A stretch of 64,000 bases of DNA from Candidatus Shapirobacteria bacterium (lineage in GTDB: Bacteria; Patescibacteriota; Microgenomatia; 0-14-0-10-38-17). The notes beneath the pieces were generated by a model, which worked only from the letters and a program-made list of their open reading frames with translations, was not told where the DNA came from and searched no databases. Numbering within the stretch: the first letter of the stretch is position 1; each line of letters opens with the position of its first letter. The DNA lies in contig JAGPNC010000001.1 in NCBI GenBank assembly GCA_018052565.1, positions 45,512 through 109,511 on the forward strand, given 5' to 3'. Made by a program: the position numbers and the translations under genes. This document shows positions 1 to 10,567 of the stretch, piece after piece.

Positions 1-45
1 CAATTTTAACTTTTGACTTTTGACTTTTAACTTTTGATTGTCCAT

Positions 46-1752
46 CTAGTCTCTTACCACTCTCACCACTTCTTCCATCGTGCTCACTCCCTCAACCACT
101 CGTAAATAACCATCTTGCAACATGGTGACCATTCCTTCTTCTATGGCCTGCTTTTCTATTTCGCCAGCCGGTGAACGCTCCAAAATCAGTTTAACAATTT
201 TTTCGCTTACTGACAAGACCTCAAAAATACCAATACGACCGTAATAACCAGTATTATTACATTGTTCGCAGCCTTTTCCCCGAAAAAATCTAATTTCTTC
301 TTTTTTCTTCGGTAAGAACTTACCCAAAACCGCTGTCAACTCATCTAAGGTTGTCTTTTCCGGCTGATATTCTTCACGACAATTAGGACAAATCTTCCGA
401 GCGATCCGCTGGCCAACTACCAGGGAAAGAGAAGAGGCAAGTAGAAACGGTTCGGCGCCAAGATCTAAAAGCCGGGGGATTGTCCCCGCCGCCTGATTGG
501 TATGGAGGGTCGAAAAAACCAAATGGCCGGTTAGCGAAGCCTGAATGGCCAACTCCGTTGTTTCCTGATCCCGAATTTCCCCTACCATAATAATATCCGG
601 ATCTTGTCTTAAGAAGGAACGCATCGCCGAAGCAAAGGTTAGGCCCGCCTCGCGGTTTACCTGCACTTGGCTAATTCCTTTAATCTCATATTCCACCGGA
701 TCCTCGATAGTCATGATATTTACCCCGGGATTATTAATCCTGGTAATAACTGAATAAAGAGTGGTCGTTTTTCCTGAACCGGTAGGACCGCAGACAATAA
801 CGATCCCATTTGGCTTTTGAATTGCTTCCTCAACTCTTCTTAAACCTAATCCCCTTAAGCCCAATTCCGGCAGATCGGGAACGCCGCCGCTCGAGCGTAG
901 AAGTCGCATCACAATTTTCTCTCCCCAAATCGTTGGAGCCGAGGAAACCCGTAAGTCTACCTCAGCGTTTTCTACCTTAAACTTGAAGCGCCCGTCCTGG
1001 GGAACTCTTTTCTCATCAATTTTCATCCCCGATAAAATTTTGATCCGGGAAACCAAGGCCTCATGAATGGTTTTAGGAAGCAAAAGCTTCTCATGCAAAA
1101 CACCATCAATACGATAACGAACCCGTGTATTTTCTGGCTGCGGTTCGATATGGACATCGGAAGCCCGTGAGGAAACCGCAAACTCCAAGACGGTAGAAAC
1201 AACCTTGGCAATAGGGGCTTCTCTAATTACCGTCCCTAGTTGGCGAATATCAATCGCCTGCGCCTTGGGAACCGCCAGCTCTTCTTCCATTGCCTGAGAA
1301 ACTTCCGCTACCAGTGTTCCTCCATAACGCTCTTTAATTGCTCCCCCAATCTCTCCTTCTTCTGCTAAATAGGGGACAACCTCACTGCCCGTTTTTTTCT
1401 CCAAAAACTCAATCGCCTCCAAATCTAAGGGGTTAGCCATCGCCACCGCCAGCTCATTCTTCTGACGGTTAAATCGAAGAGGAATAAGACGATATGTCCT
1501 TGCCACCGCCTCAGAAACCAAAGCGACAGCTTCAGGCGAAATCGGCGTCTCGGCCAAGGAAACGAAAGGAACCCCCAACGCTTTTGCCCGCGCCCGCGCC
1601 AGTTCTTTTTTCTCGACTAAACCCCTTTCCTCAACCACCTTTTCTTCGCTCAAGCCCTTCTCGCTTGCTTCAACAACAATCTCCTCTGCTTGACCCTCGC
1701 TAAGCAAGCCCTCGCCGACCAAAATCTTCAGTAAACCATTTTTAATTGCCAT
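46..1752 (-). CDS. pilB: Type IV pilus assembly / type II secretion ATPase (GspE/PilB family)
   Basis: N-terminal T2SS-E N-domain-like segment; Walker A GPTGSGKTTT; Asp box and His box; C-terminal tetracysteine CPNC...CEQC. Confidence 0.85.
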   Translation of the reverse strand: MAIKNGLLKILVGEGLLSEGQAEEIVVEASEKGLSEEKVVEERGLVEKKELARARAKALGVPFVSLAETPISPEAVALVSEAVARTYRLIPLRFNRQKNELAVAMANPLDLEAIEFLEKKTGSEVVPYLAEEGEIGGAIKERYGGTLVAEVSQAMEEELAVPKAQAIDIRQLGTVIREAPIAKVVSTVLEFAVSSRASDVHIEPQPENTRVRYRIDGVLHEKLLLPKTIHEALVSRIKILSGMKIDEKRVPQDGRFKFKVENAEVDLRVSSAPTIWGEKIVMRLLRSSGGVPDLPELGLRGLGLRRVEEAIQKPNGIVIVCGPTGSGKTTTLYSVITRINNPGVNIMTIEDPVEYEIKGISQVQVNREAGLTFASAMRSFLRQDPDIIMVGEIRDQETTELAIQASLTGHLVFSTLHTNQAAGTIPRLLDLGAEPFLLASSLSLVVGQRIARKICPNCREEYQPEKTTLDELTAVLGKFLPKKKEEIRFFRGKGCEQCNNTGYYGRIGIFEVLSVSEKIVKLILERSPAGEIEKQAIEEGMVTMLQDGYLRVVEGVSTMEEVVRVVRD

Positions 1753-1933
1753 ACCTTCTTATAGTAAAGAAATTATGTTAGAATGTCAATCAAGGAAAGT
1801 TAAAAGTCAAAATACAAAATTCAAAATTCCAAGTTAAAATTAAAAAGCAAAACAAGAGGCGCCTAACTTTCAACCAGAAATTTCAACTTTTGAATAATTA
1901 AATTTCTTACTTTTAACTTTTGCCTTTTGAATT

Positions 1934-2581
1934 TTGCCTTTTTTTACCGTGTTTCATTCCCTCATTATCACCGGCGCCAGTAAAAAAAGAAGGGTAGGTG
2001 AGGCAGAAAAAATTCGCTCCCAATATAATTCTTGTCCGGCCGATGCCGATCCCGACTGCCTTCTTCTTGAGGAAGGCACCATTGAAGCTGTTCGCCAAGC
2101 GAAAATTTGGCTTGCCAGGAAACCATTTTCCGGCAACAAAAAAATCGTAATTATTGTTGAGGCGCAAAATCTAACCTTGCCGGCCCAAAATGCTCTTTTA
2201 AAAACCTTAGAGGAGCCACCGGCAAACTCGCGTCTTATCTTAACTATCCCTAATCCTGCCCTTCTTTTGCCAACGGTTGTTTCCCGCTGCCAGATAATTC
2301 ATCTTCAGCCAAAACAAAATATCTCCTTAAAAGAAACCTCTCCTCAACAAGAAATTTATCAAAAAAGCGCGGCAGAAAAAATTATCCTTGCCCAAGAAAA
2401 AGGGATCAACCTTGAAAGTGCTAAAAGCTGGCTGCGGGGGCAAAGAAAATTCTGGCAAGAAAAATTTCCAGAGAATTTACCCGAAGCCTCTTTTTGGCTT
2501 GAAAAAACCCTTCTTTGCGAACAAATGCTCAAGCAAAATGTCTCTCCCCGACTAGTGCTAACCTATTTTCTCCTTAAATAA
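1934..2581 (+). CDS. holB: DNA polymerase III delta-prime subunit-like protein (short, degenerate P-loop)
   Basis: KIVIIVEAQNLTLPAQNALLKTLEEPP and SRCQ motifs typical of clamp-loader delta-prime. Only 215 aa. Starts on TTG in the track. Confidence 0.55.
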   Translation: MPFFTVFHSLIITGASKKRRVGEAEKIRSQYNSCPADADPDCLLLEEGTIEAVRQAKIWLARKPFSGNKKIVIIVEAQNLTLPAQNALLKTLEEPPANSRLILTIPNPALLLPTVVSRCQIIHLQPKQNISLKETSPQQEIYQKSAAEKIILAQEKGINLESAKSWLRGQRKFWQEKFPENLPEASFWLEKTLLCEQMLKQNVSPRLVLTYFLLK

Positions 2582-2663
2582 AATGTCTTAACTTAGCAGA
2601 AACCTATGCATTGACGGATTATGCCGCTTTTTTATTGCTTAAGATAGTGGCATAATTGCTTTT

Positions 2664-2824
2664 AAATTATTCTAATTAACCTAATTATTCTAAATAAATC
2701 CCAAATACCAAAACCCAAAGAAATTTATTTTCTTTTTCAATTGGCTTTAATTTTGACAATTTGGGGTTCTGGGTATTCTTTAGGTCGATTAGGATAATTA
2801 GAGCAATTAGAATAATTTTTAGCC
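2664..2824. repeat. Palindromic MITE-like intergenic repeat, copy A
   Basis: Arms AAATTATTCTAATTAACCTAATTATTCTAAATAAATCCCAAATACC and GGTATTCTTTAGGTCGATTAGGATAATTAGAGCAATTAGAATAATTT are inverted copies of each other. A related sequence occurs at 4 other loci. Confidence 0.7.
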
Positions 2825-3048
2825 TTTTTTTTGATCTTAAACTCCCTCCGTGGCGAGGCGAGGCGGGCGAATTAAGAATGACGCCCGGAAATAATAGTTA
2901 GCAGATGATAGTTGGGGATTGGGGGGAAATATTTTTTCCTAACTACTAACCCCCAACTGTCATTTTTCCTCTGGCAGGTAATCCCCAAAATTGATATAAT
3001 AGAAATTACCCTCAAATCACGGGCAAATTTTAAATTGATTTCATTATT

Positions 3049-4965
3049 ATGACCTCTTCTAGTGACTATACAGCCGACAAAATCCAAGTTTTAGAAGGAG
3101 TTGAACCGGTGCGCCTTAGACCGGGGATGTTTATCGGTTCCACCGACACCAAAGGGCTTCACCATCTCTTAACAGAAATCATCGATAACTCGATTGACGA
3201 AGCCCTTTCCGGTAATGCCCAAAATATTTGGGTTTACCTGCAAAAAGACGGCCAGGCCCGGGTAGTTGACGACGGCCGGGGCATTCCGGTAGAAAAGCAT
3301 CCCGGGCTGGGCATCTCTGCCTTGGAAGTAGCCATGACTCGTTTGCACGCCGGGGCTAAATTTCAAAAAGGCACTTATAAAGTTTCCGGCGGCCTACATG
3401 GGGTAGGAGCGAGCGCCGTCAATGCTCTTTCCCAAAAAATGCGCGTTGAAGTTCGTCGCAATGGCAAGCTTTATTATCAAGAATACCGCCGCGGCAAGCC
3501 ATTAGCGCCTGTTAAAGAAGCACCTTTTCCTCAAGACAACCTTCCTAAAACCGGCACCCAAACCATCCTCTTGCCCGATCCGCAAATTTTTGAAGACACC
3601 AATTTCTCCCAAAAAAGAGTTGAGCAATCACTAAGAATCCGGGCCTATCTTATCCCGGGAATTTTTATTCACTTCTTTGACGAAAGAGAGAACTACCAAA
3701 AGCACTTTTATTTTGAGGGTGGCATCCGTTCTCTTTTAAAGAAAACTAACCAGGACCATAAAAAAATCAGTCCCATAATTTATATCAGCAAAAAAGACGA
3801 GAAGCTAAGCTTAGAAGCAGAAATTGCCTTCCAATACATTGACGATATTGAAGAGAATATCCAATCATTTGTCAATGTTATCCCCACTCCTGATGAAGGC
3901 ACCCATGTCGCCGGCTTTCGCTCTGGCCTCACCCGGGTAATTAATGATTACGCTCTTGAAAAAGGTCTTGTTAAAGAAGGAGAAAAATTCAGCGGCGAAG
4001 ACACAAAAGAAGGGCTGACAGCCATTATTTATGTCAAAATGCCCTCAGAAAAAATCCAATTTGAGTCGCAGACAAAAACAAAATTAAATAATAAAGAAGT
4101 GGGGATCTTTATCAACCAAATTGTCCGGGAAGAGCTAACCACTTTCTTGGAGGAACACCCTTCGGAAGGGCGTAATATTGTCGAGAAAATTAAAATTGGC
4201 CTTCAGGCGCGAATGGCCGCCAAGGCGGCTCGCCAGGCAGTATTACGAAAAAGCGCCTTAGGCAGCGGCTCCCTGCCGGGAAAGCTTGCCGATTGTCAGG
4301 TAAAAAACCCCGAGTTGGCCGAGCTTTTTATTGTTGAAGGCGATTCTGCCGGTGGCTCGGCCAAACAAGGACGCGACCGACGATTCCAGGCTATTTTTCC
4401 CCTAAGAGGAAAGCTCTTAAACACCGAGCAGGCGCGTTTAGATAAAATTATTAAGTTTGAAGAACTTAAGAATTTGGTTACCGTTCTTGGGATGGGTATT
4501 GGCGAAACTCAAAGCCCGGAAAAACTTCGTTACCAAAAGGTAATCATTATGACCGATGCCGACGTTGATGGCGAGCATATCGCCACCTTGCTTTTAACTT
4601 TTTTTTATCGCCATCTTCCTTATATCGTCGAAAATGGTTACCTTTATCTTGCCCAGCCCCCTCTTTACAAAATCAGCGCCAGCGGGAAAGACCATTATGT
4701 TTATTCCGACATTGAAAGAGAAGAGCTTTTGAAAAGCCTTGATGGCCAAAAAGTAAGAATCCAACGTTACAAGGGGTTGGGAGAAATGAATCCCGACCAA
4801 CTTTGGCAAACAACGATGGATCCAAATGTCAGAATCCTGAAAAAAATCACCATTGAGGATGCCCAAGAAGCCGACCATACTTTTGATATGCTCTTAGGCA
4901 AGGAAGTCCTGCCTCGCCGGCGTTTTATACAAGCTAATGCCAAACTGGCAGAGCTTGACGTTTAA
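3049..4965 (+). CDS. gyrB: DNA gyrase subunit B
   Basis: GHKL ATPase motifs (LHHLLTEIIDNSIDEA). Toprim EGDSAGGS. PLRGKLLN. Short form without the E. coli insertion. Lies upstream of gyrA. Confidence 0.9.
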   Translation: MTSSSDYTADKIQVLEGVEPVRLRPGMFIGSTDTKGLHHLLTEIIDNSIDEALSGNAQNIWVYLQKDGQARVVDDGRGIPVEKHPGLGISALEVAMTRLHAGAKFQKGTYKVSGGLHGVGASAVNALSQKMRVEVRRNGKLYYQEYRRGKPLAPVKEAPFPQDNLPKTGTQTILLPDPQIFEDTNFSQKRVEQSLRIRAYLIPGIFIHFFDERENYQKHFYFEGGIRSLLKKTNQDHKKISPIIYISKKDEKLSLEAEIAFQYIDDIEENIQSFVNVIPTPDEGTHVAGFRSGLTRVINDYALEKGLVKEGEKFSGEDTKEGLTAIIYVKMPSEKIQFESQTKTKLNNKEVGIFINQIVREELTTFLEEHPSEGRNIVEKIKIGLQARMAAKAARQAVLRKSALGSGSLPGKLADCQVKNPELAELFIVEGDSAGGSAKQGRDRRFQAIFPLRGKLLNTEQARLDKIIKFEELKNLVTVLGMGIGETQSPEKLRYQKVIIMTDADVDGEHIATLLLTFFYRHLPYIVENGYLYLAQPPLYKISASGKDHYVYSDIEREELLKSLDGQKVRIQRYKGLGEMNPDQLWQTTMDPNVRILKKITIEDAQEADHTFDMLLGKEVLPRRRFIQANAKLAELDV

Positions 4966-5009
4966 TTTCTAAAAAAGAACAGATTATTTTTAACTAATTG
5001 ATTTTTAAT

Positions 5010-5066
5010 AAGTAGGGTTTTGGATATTTTTTAGGTCAGTTAGGGCAATTAGAATAATTTCTAACT
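5010..5066. repeat. Partial, right-arm-only copy of the palindromic MITE-like repeat
   Basis: GGGTTTTGGATATTTTTTAGGTCAGTTAGGGCAATTAGAATAATTTCTAAC matches the right arm of copies A, C, D and E. Confidence 0.55.
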
Positions 5067-5161
5067 TGTAATAGACAATAAGCTTGCGCTGCACAAAATA
5101 TATCCCAAACGCTCAGCCCTTCTCTTGTTTAAGCCCTTTACTCATGTTAAACTAACCTTCT

Positions 5162-7792
5162 ATGGTCAAAAAACAATGGGTCTTTTCTTTTAACGCTGTT
5201 CCCAAAATTGACAAAAATTTGTTGGGCGGCAAGGGAGCCGGGTTAGCGGAGATGACTAAAATTGGCTTGCCCGTACCTCCCGGTTTTATTATTACCACAG
5301 ACGCCTGTAAAGCTTATCAAAAGAATAAAAAATTACCACCAGACCTTTGGCCACAGATTATAAGAGAACTTAAAAAATTAGAAGAAAAAACGGGAAAGAG
5401 ATTTAATGATGCTAAAAACCCTCTATTGGTCTCGGTTCGTTCCGGCGCTCCCGTTTCCATGCCCGGGATGATGGACACCGTTTTAAATTTAGGTCTAAAC
5501 GATGAAACCGCCAAAGCATTAGCTAAAAGAACAAAAAATTCCCGCTTTGCCGCTGATTCCTATCGCCGCTTTATCCAAATGTTTGCCAACATCGTTAAAA
5601 GTGTACCACTGAAAAAGTTTGAGGATGTTTTAGAACAAGAGAGAGAACGCCATGGCTTCAAAAACGATACCGAATTCAGCGCCCAGGACTTAGAAAAAAT
5701 CATCCGACGTTATCAGCAAATTTATCAAGAAGAAACGGGAGAAAAATTTCCTCAAGATCCCTTGGTTCAACTCCAAGAAGCAATTAAGGCTGTTTTCAAT
5801 TCTTGGGAAAATAAAAGAGCCATCGATTACCGCAATTTTAATAAAATCCCCCATCATTTGGGTACCGCAGTTAATGTTCAGGCAATGGTTTTTGGCAACA
5901 TGGGAGAAAAATCGGCCACGGGAGTTGCTTTTACCCGCAATCCTGCTATCGGCAAGAAAAAACTTTATGGCGAATTTCTAATCAATGCCCAAGGCGAAGA
6001 CGTTGTCGCCGGTATTCGTACTCCCCGGCCAATTAAGGAGCTGGCCAAGGCAATGCCTAAGGCTTATGAAATCTTGCAAAAAATTGCCCAAACTCTGGAA
6101 AAACATTTCCGCGACATGCAAGACATCGAATTTACTATTGAAGAGGGGAAATTTTATATTCTCCAAACCCGTAGCGGTAAACGAACTCCTGAAGCAGCAG
6201 TAAAAATTGCTTACGATATGGTTTTGGAAAAGCTTATCAGTAAAGAAGAGGCGATCATGCGTCTTGATCCTGATCAGATTAATCAATTGCTTCACCGCCA
6301 CATTGATCACGACGCCCGGCTGCAAGTTATTGCTAAAGGGCTAGCTGCCTCTCCCGGTGGCGCCAGCGGCGAGGTAGTCTTAGACGCTGATAAAGCCGAA
6401 AGCGAGGGCCAGCTTGGCAATCAGGTGATTCTTGTCCGCCCGGAAACTTCTCCTGATGATGTCCATGGTGTTATTTGGGCTCAAGGAGTTTTAACCAGCC
6501 GGGGCGGGACAACTTCTCATGCGGCCGTGGTGGCCCGGGGTTTAGGCCGACCCTGTGTTTGCGGGGCAGAGGAAATAAAAATTGATTTGGAAAAGAGCCA
6601 GTTTACTACTCGCGGCCAGACAGTTAAGGAAGGAGAAGTAATTACTCTTAACGGATCAACAGGCGAGGTCATCTTGGGTGCCGTGCCGATGGTTGAGCCA
6701 AAACTAAGCCGGGAGCTAAAGACCGTTCTTTCTTGGGCAGACGAGATAGCAAAATTAAAAGTCTATACCAACGCCGATTATCCGAGGGATGCCAAAACAG
6801 CCCGTGATTTTGGCGCCAAAGGCATTGGCCTTTGCCGAACGGAACATATGTTTATGGAGCAAGAACGACTACCACATGTCCAGAAAATGATTTTGGCGCC
6901 AAATGCTCAAAAGCGAGAAGAGCCGCTTGAAAAAATAGGTCAATTCCAAAAAGAAGATTTCGTGGGCTTATTCCGCATTATGGATGGCTCGCCGGTAATC
7001 ATTCGCCTAATTGATCCTCCTTTGCACGAATTTCTGCCAAAGGAAAAAGAAATTAAAGAAAGCTTGGAGAAGGCCAAAAGTAAAAAAGAAAAAGAGCATT
7101 GGGAGGCAATTTTAACCGCTCGCAATAATTTGCACGAGGATAACCCCATGCTGGGCTTACGCGGTTGCCGACTGGGAATTTTAATGCCCGAAATTATTAG
7201 AACACAAACCCGCGCCATCCTCGAAGCAGCCCTAAAGGTTAGAAAAGAAGGCAAAAGAGTAAAACCACAAATTATGGTGCCGCTGGTAGCCTTCAAAGAA
7301 GAGCTTGCCCTTGTTAAAAAAGAGATCATCGACGAGGCAGAAAAGGTTTTTGCTAAAGAAGGAGAGAGGCTGGAATTCAAAATTGGCACTATGATTGAAT
7401 TGCCACGCGCCGCCCTTAGAGCAGGGGAAATTGCCGAAGAAGCGGAATTTTTTTCTTTTGGCACTAATGACTTAACTCAAACCACTATTGGTATTTCCCG
7501 CGATGATGCGGAGGGAAAATTCTTAGCTTCTTATCAAAAATTAGGCATTATTAAAACTGATCCTTTCCAAACATTGGACCAAGATGGGGTAGGGGAATTA
7601 GTCGAAATAGGGACAAGAAGAGGCAGAAAAATAAACCCCGATCTTTCGGTAGGCATTTGCGGCGAGCACGGCGGCGATCCCGAAAGCATTAAGTTTTGCC
7701 ACCAAACTGGCCTAAATTATGTTTCCTGCTCTCCTTACCGTGTCCCCGCTGCCCGTCTTGTCGCCGCCCAAGCAGCAATTGGCGGGAAATGA
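5162..7792 (+). CDS. ppdK: Pyruvate, phosphate dikinase
   Basis: N-terminal ATP-grasp (GGKGAGLAEM). Central phospho-His domain (GGTTSHAAVVARGLGRPCV). C-terminal PEP-utilising TIM barrel (CGEHGGDP). 876 aa. Confidence 0.9.
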   Translation: MVKKQWVFSFNAVPKIDKNLLGGKGAGLAEMTKIGLPVPPGFIITTDACKAYQKNKKLPPDLWPQIIRELKKLEEKTGKRFNDAKNPLLVSVRSGAPVSMPGMMDTVLNLGLNDETAKALAKRTKNSRFAADSYRRFIQMFANIVKSVPLKKFEDVLEQERERHGFKNDTEFSAQDLEKIIRRYQQIYQEETGEKFPQDPLVQLQEAIKAVFNSWENKRAIDYRNFNKIPHHLGTAVNVQAMVFGNMGEKSATGVAFTRNPAIGKKKLYGEFLINAQGEDVVAGIRTPRPIKELAKAMPKAYEILQKIAQTLEKHFRDMQDIEFTIEEGKFYILQTRSGKRTPEAAVKIAYDMVLEKLISKEEAIMRLDPDQINQLLHRHIDHDARLQVIAKGLAASPGGASGEVVLDADKAESEGQLGNQVILVRPETSPDDVHGVIWAQGVLTSRGGTTSHAAVVARGLGRPCVCGAEEIKIDLEKSQFTTRGQTVKEGEVITLNGSTGEVILGAVPMVEPKLSRELKTVLSWADEIAKLKVYTNADYPRDAKTARDFGAKGIGLCRTEHMFMEQERLPHVQKMILAPNAQKREEPLEKIGQFQKEDFVGLFRIMDGSPVIIRLIDPPLHEFLPKEKEIKESLEKAKSKKEKEHWEAILTARNNLHEDNPMLGLRGCRLGILMPEIIRTQTRAILEAALKVRKEGKRVKPQIMVPLVAFKEELALVKKEIIDEAEKVFAKEGERLEFKIGTMIELPRAALRAGEIAEEAEFFSFGTNDLTQTTIGISRDDAEGKFLASYQKLGIIKTDPFQTLDQDGVGELVEIGTRRGRKINPDLSVGICGEHGGDPESIKFCHQTGLNYVSCSPYRVPAARLVAAQAAIGGK

Positions 7793-7849
7793 AGTCCAAC
7801 TAAACCAATTTTTCCCGCCAAGTAAAGAGATTTTTAGAAAACAAACCAA

Positions 7850-7968
7850 TATAAAACTAATAGAAAGTTGAAATTCGAAATTTAAAAGCAAAACAAAAAA
7901 CTTTTGACTTTTAGCTTGTCCGCCAGCTGGCGGATTGAATTTTGACTTTTTAATTTTGAATTTATTAT
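7850..7968. repeat. Oligo-A/T-tract palindrome with a central GC hairpin GTCCGCCAGCTGGCGGAT (ppdK-gyrA spacer)
   Basis: GAAAGTTGAAATTCGAAATTTAAAAGCAAAAC...CTTTTGACTTTTAGC-GTCCGCCAGCTGGCGGAT-TGAATTTTGACTTTTTAATTTTGAATTT. Confidence 0.6.
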
Positions 7969-7969
7969 C

Positions 7970-10567
7970 ATGTCTTCCTCCGATAATCAACAAATCAAAA
8001 CCGTCCCTATTGCGGGCGAAGTTAAGAAGGCTTATCTTGACTACGCCATGTCGGTCATTGTTTCCCGGGCTCTTCCCGACGTTCGCGATGGTCTAAAACC
8101 GGTTCACCGCCGTATTCTTTACGCCGCTTATCAACTCAACCTTTCCCATACTTCCCCCTTCACCAAAAGTGCCAAGTTGGTCGGCGAAGTTTTGGGAAAA
8201 TACCACCCCCATGGCGATGCCTCTGTTTACGACGCCCTCGTTCGTTTAGCCCAGGATTTTTCGATGCGCTATCCCTTAATCCAGGGGCAGGGAAATTTTG
8301 GCTCCATCGATGGCGATCCTCCCGCCGCCATGCGTTATACCGAGATAAGATTGGCAAAAATTGCCCAAGAGATGCTAAAAGATTTGGAAAAGGAAACTGT
8401 TCCCACCTTGCCAAATTTTGACGGTACTCTTGCCGAACCGCAATATTTGCCCGCTCTTCTGCCAAATCTCCTTCTTATGGGCTCAGAAGGAATTGCCGTT
8501 GGCATGGCCACCAAAATCCCTCCCCATAACTTGGGTGAAGTAGTGAGAGCTTTAATTTTAATGATCGAGAAAGGGAGAGCGACTTTCCCCCAAAGCCATC
8601 CCTTGAGCCAAAAAAATATTGGCCAGAAAGAAAAAGAAAGTTTTTATCAGAAACTTTTAGAAATGCCTTTTGAGGAAGTGGCCAATTTTTTGCCTAATTT
8701 TGAAACCGAAGCCAACCTTGATGATATTCTGACAAAGATTAAGGGGCCGGATTTTCCCACCTACGGTGCTATTTTTGGCAAAAACCAAATCCGGGAAACA
8801 TATCAAAAAGGGAGAGGAACCATCTTAGTTCGCGGTAAAGCCGACATTGAAGAATTAAGAAAAAACCGCCTGGCCATCATTATCAGCCAGTTGCCATATC
8901 AGGTTAATAAGGCGCTTTTAGTCCAAAAAATTGCCGATCTTATCCGCGAACAAAAAATAAAGGGAGTAGGGGATCTGCGCGATGAGTCCAGCCGGGAGGG
9001 AATTCGCATTGTTTTAGAACTGCAACGCCAAGCAAAACCGCAAGCCATTCTTAATAATCTTTATAAAAAAACCGAGCTGGAAACCACTTTTCCGGCGAAT
9101 TTTGTCGCCCTTTTAAACGGCGTCCCCCAAACGCTGGGCCTGCGGGAAATTCTTCTTCACTACGTGAGTCATCGCCAAGAAATTGTCTTCCGCCGCACCA
9201 TCTTTGATTTGCGTGCCGCTCAAGGACGGGCCCATATTTTAGAAGGTCTCAAAATTGCCCTAGATTATCTCGACGAAGTTATTAAAACTATCCGTAGCTC
9301 AGCCAACACCACCGAAGCCCAAAAAAACTTGATGGAAAAATTCTCTCTCAGCGCCCTGCAGAGTGAAGCCATTCTTAATATGCCTTTAAAAAGGCTCTCT
9401 AAACTCGAGCGGGAAAAAATTGAAGAAGAATATCAGCTTATCCAAAAACAAATCAAAGATTATAAAGCCACATTAAGTGAACCTGAAAAAATTCTCAACA
9501 TTATCAAAGAAGAACTTAACTATCTTTTGGAAAACTACGAGGATAGCCGCCGCACCCAAGTTTTTGCTTCTCTCCCCGGCGAGTTGGCGGAAGAAGATTT
9601 AGTGGCTGATGAACCGGTAATTATCACCATTACCAAACAAGGCTATATTAAGCGTTTGGCCAAGAACGTTTATCACGCTCAAAGACGAGGCGGCAAAGGC
9701 ATTACCGGCATGACCACCAAAGAAGAAGATGAGGTCAAGCAAGTTTTAAGCGCCCAAACCCATGACCAGATTATTTTCTTTACCAATCTTGGCCGGGCTT
9801 TCCGTCTGCCCATTTGGGAAATTCCTGAGGGCAATCGCCAAAGCCGTGGTAAAGCAGTCGTTAATTTAATTAATTTAAACGGTGAAGAAAAAGTAGAGGC
9901 CACTTTGATTATGCCCAAAGAGAAAAGCGAAGAAAAAAAATATCTAATCCTTACCACCAGAAAGGGAATGGTTAAAAAAAGTTTGCTTGAAGAATTTAAT
10001 AAAATCCGCGCCAACGGTTTGGTGGCCATTAAGCTTCGTCCCGGCGACCAACTCTGTTGGGCCAAAACCGCGGGAGAAAACGATCATCTTCTTTTGGTAA
10101 CCGCCTTTGGGCAATCGATCAGATTCCCCCAGCAAGAAATTCGCACCACTGCCCGTGACACCATCGGGGTAGGAGGCATCCGCCTCAAAAAAGGCGATTA
10201 CCTTGTTGGCGCAGAAATCATCCCCCCTAAGGTAGCCATAAAAGACCGCCGCCGCAAACCCTACCAGCGGCTTCTCCTGGTAACACAAAAGGGCTTAGGC
10301 AAGCAAACCGATCTTGATGCTTTCCCTCCTCAGCATCGTTATGGCAAAGGAGTAAAGGCTGCTAGGATTAACGAAAAAACCGGTCTCGTCTGTGAGATAA
10401 AAATCATTTACGAAAAAGATCAGGATCTAATTATCACCTCTCAAAAAGGCCACTTAATTAAACTCCCCCTGAAGAACATTCCCGTTTTGGGAAGAAACAC
10501 CCAAGGAGTTATACTGATGCGTTTTAAAAACGAGGGTGATCAAGTTGCCAGTGCGGCCATTGCCTAA
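7970..10567 (+). CDS. gyrA: DNA gyrase subunit A
   Basis: [27 protein letters not shown] with the active-site Tyr region. C-terminal beta-pinwheel repeats. Confidence 0.9.
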   Translation: MSSSDNQQIKTVPIAGEVKKAYLDYAMSVIVSRALPDVRDGLKPVHRRILYAAYQLNLSHTSPFTKSAKLVGEVLGKYHPHGDASVYDALVRLAQDFSMRYPLIQGQGNFGSIDGDPPAAMRYTEIRLAKIAQEMLKDLEKETVPTLPNFDGTLAEPQYLPALLPNLLLMGSEGIAVGMATKIPPHNLGEVVRALILMIEKGRATFPQSHPLSQKNIGQKEKESFYQKLLEMPFEEVANFLPNFETEANLDDILTKIKGPDFPTYGAIFGKNQIRETYQKGRGTILVRGKADIEELRKNRLAIIISQLPYQVNKALLVQKIADLIREQKIKGVGDLRDESSREGIRIVLELQRQAKPQAILNNLYKKTELETTFPANFVALLNGVPQTLGLREILLHYVSHRQEIVFRRTIFDLRAAQGRAHILEGLKIALDYLDEVIKTIRSSANTTEAQKNLMEKFSLSALQSEAILNMPLKRLSKLEREKIEEEYQLIQKQIKDYKATLSEPEKILNIIKEELNYLLENYEDSRRTQVFASLPGELAEEDLVADEPVIITITKQGYIKRLAKNVYHAQRRGGKGITGMTTKEEDEVKQVLSAQTHDQIIFFTNLGRAFRLPIWEIPEGNRQSRGKAVVNLINLNGEEKVEATLIMPKEKSEEKKYLILTTRKGMVKKSLLEEFNKIRANGLVAIKLRPGDQLCWAKTAGENDHLLLVTAFGQSIRFPQQEIRTTARDTIGVGGIRLKKGDYLVGAEIIPPKVAIKDRRRKPYQRLLLVTQKGLGKQTDLDAFPPQHRYGKGVKAARINEKTGLVCEIKIIYEKDQDLIITSQKGHLIKLPLKNIPVLGRNTQGVILMRFKNEGDQVASAAIA

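Noticed and set aside
6940-7464. 174-aa minus-strand ORF inside ppdK. Similar antisense ORFs sit inside gyrA (8160-8465, 9679-10065, 9944-10288), dnaX, cysS, topA, etc.
   Set aside because: They are fully embedded antisense to strongly supported housekeeping genes. They are low-complexity (Ser/Leu/Pro-rich) and have no motifs, so they are frame artefacts.
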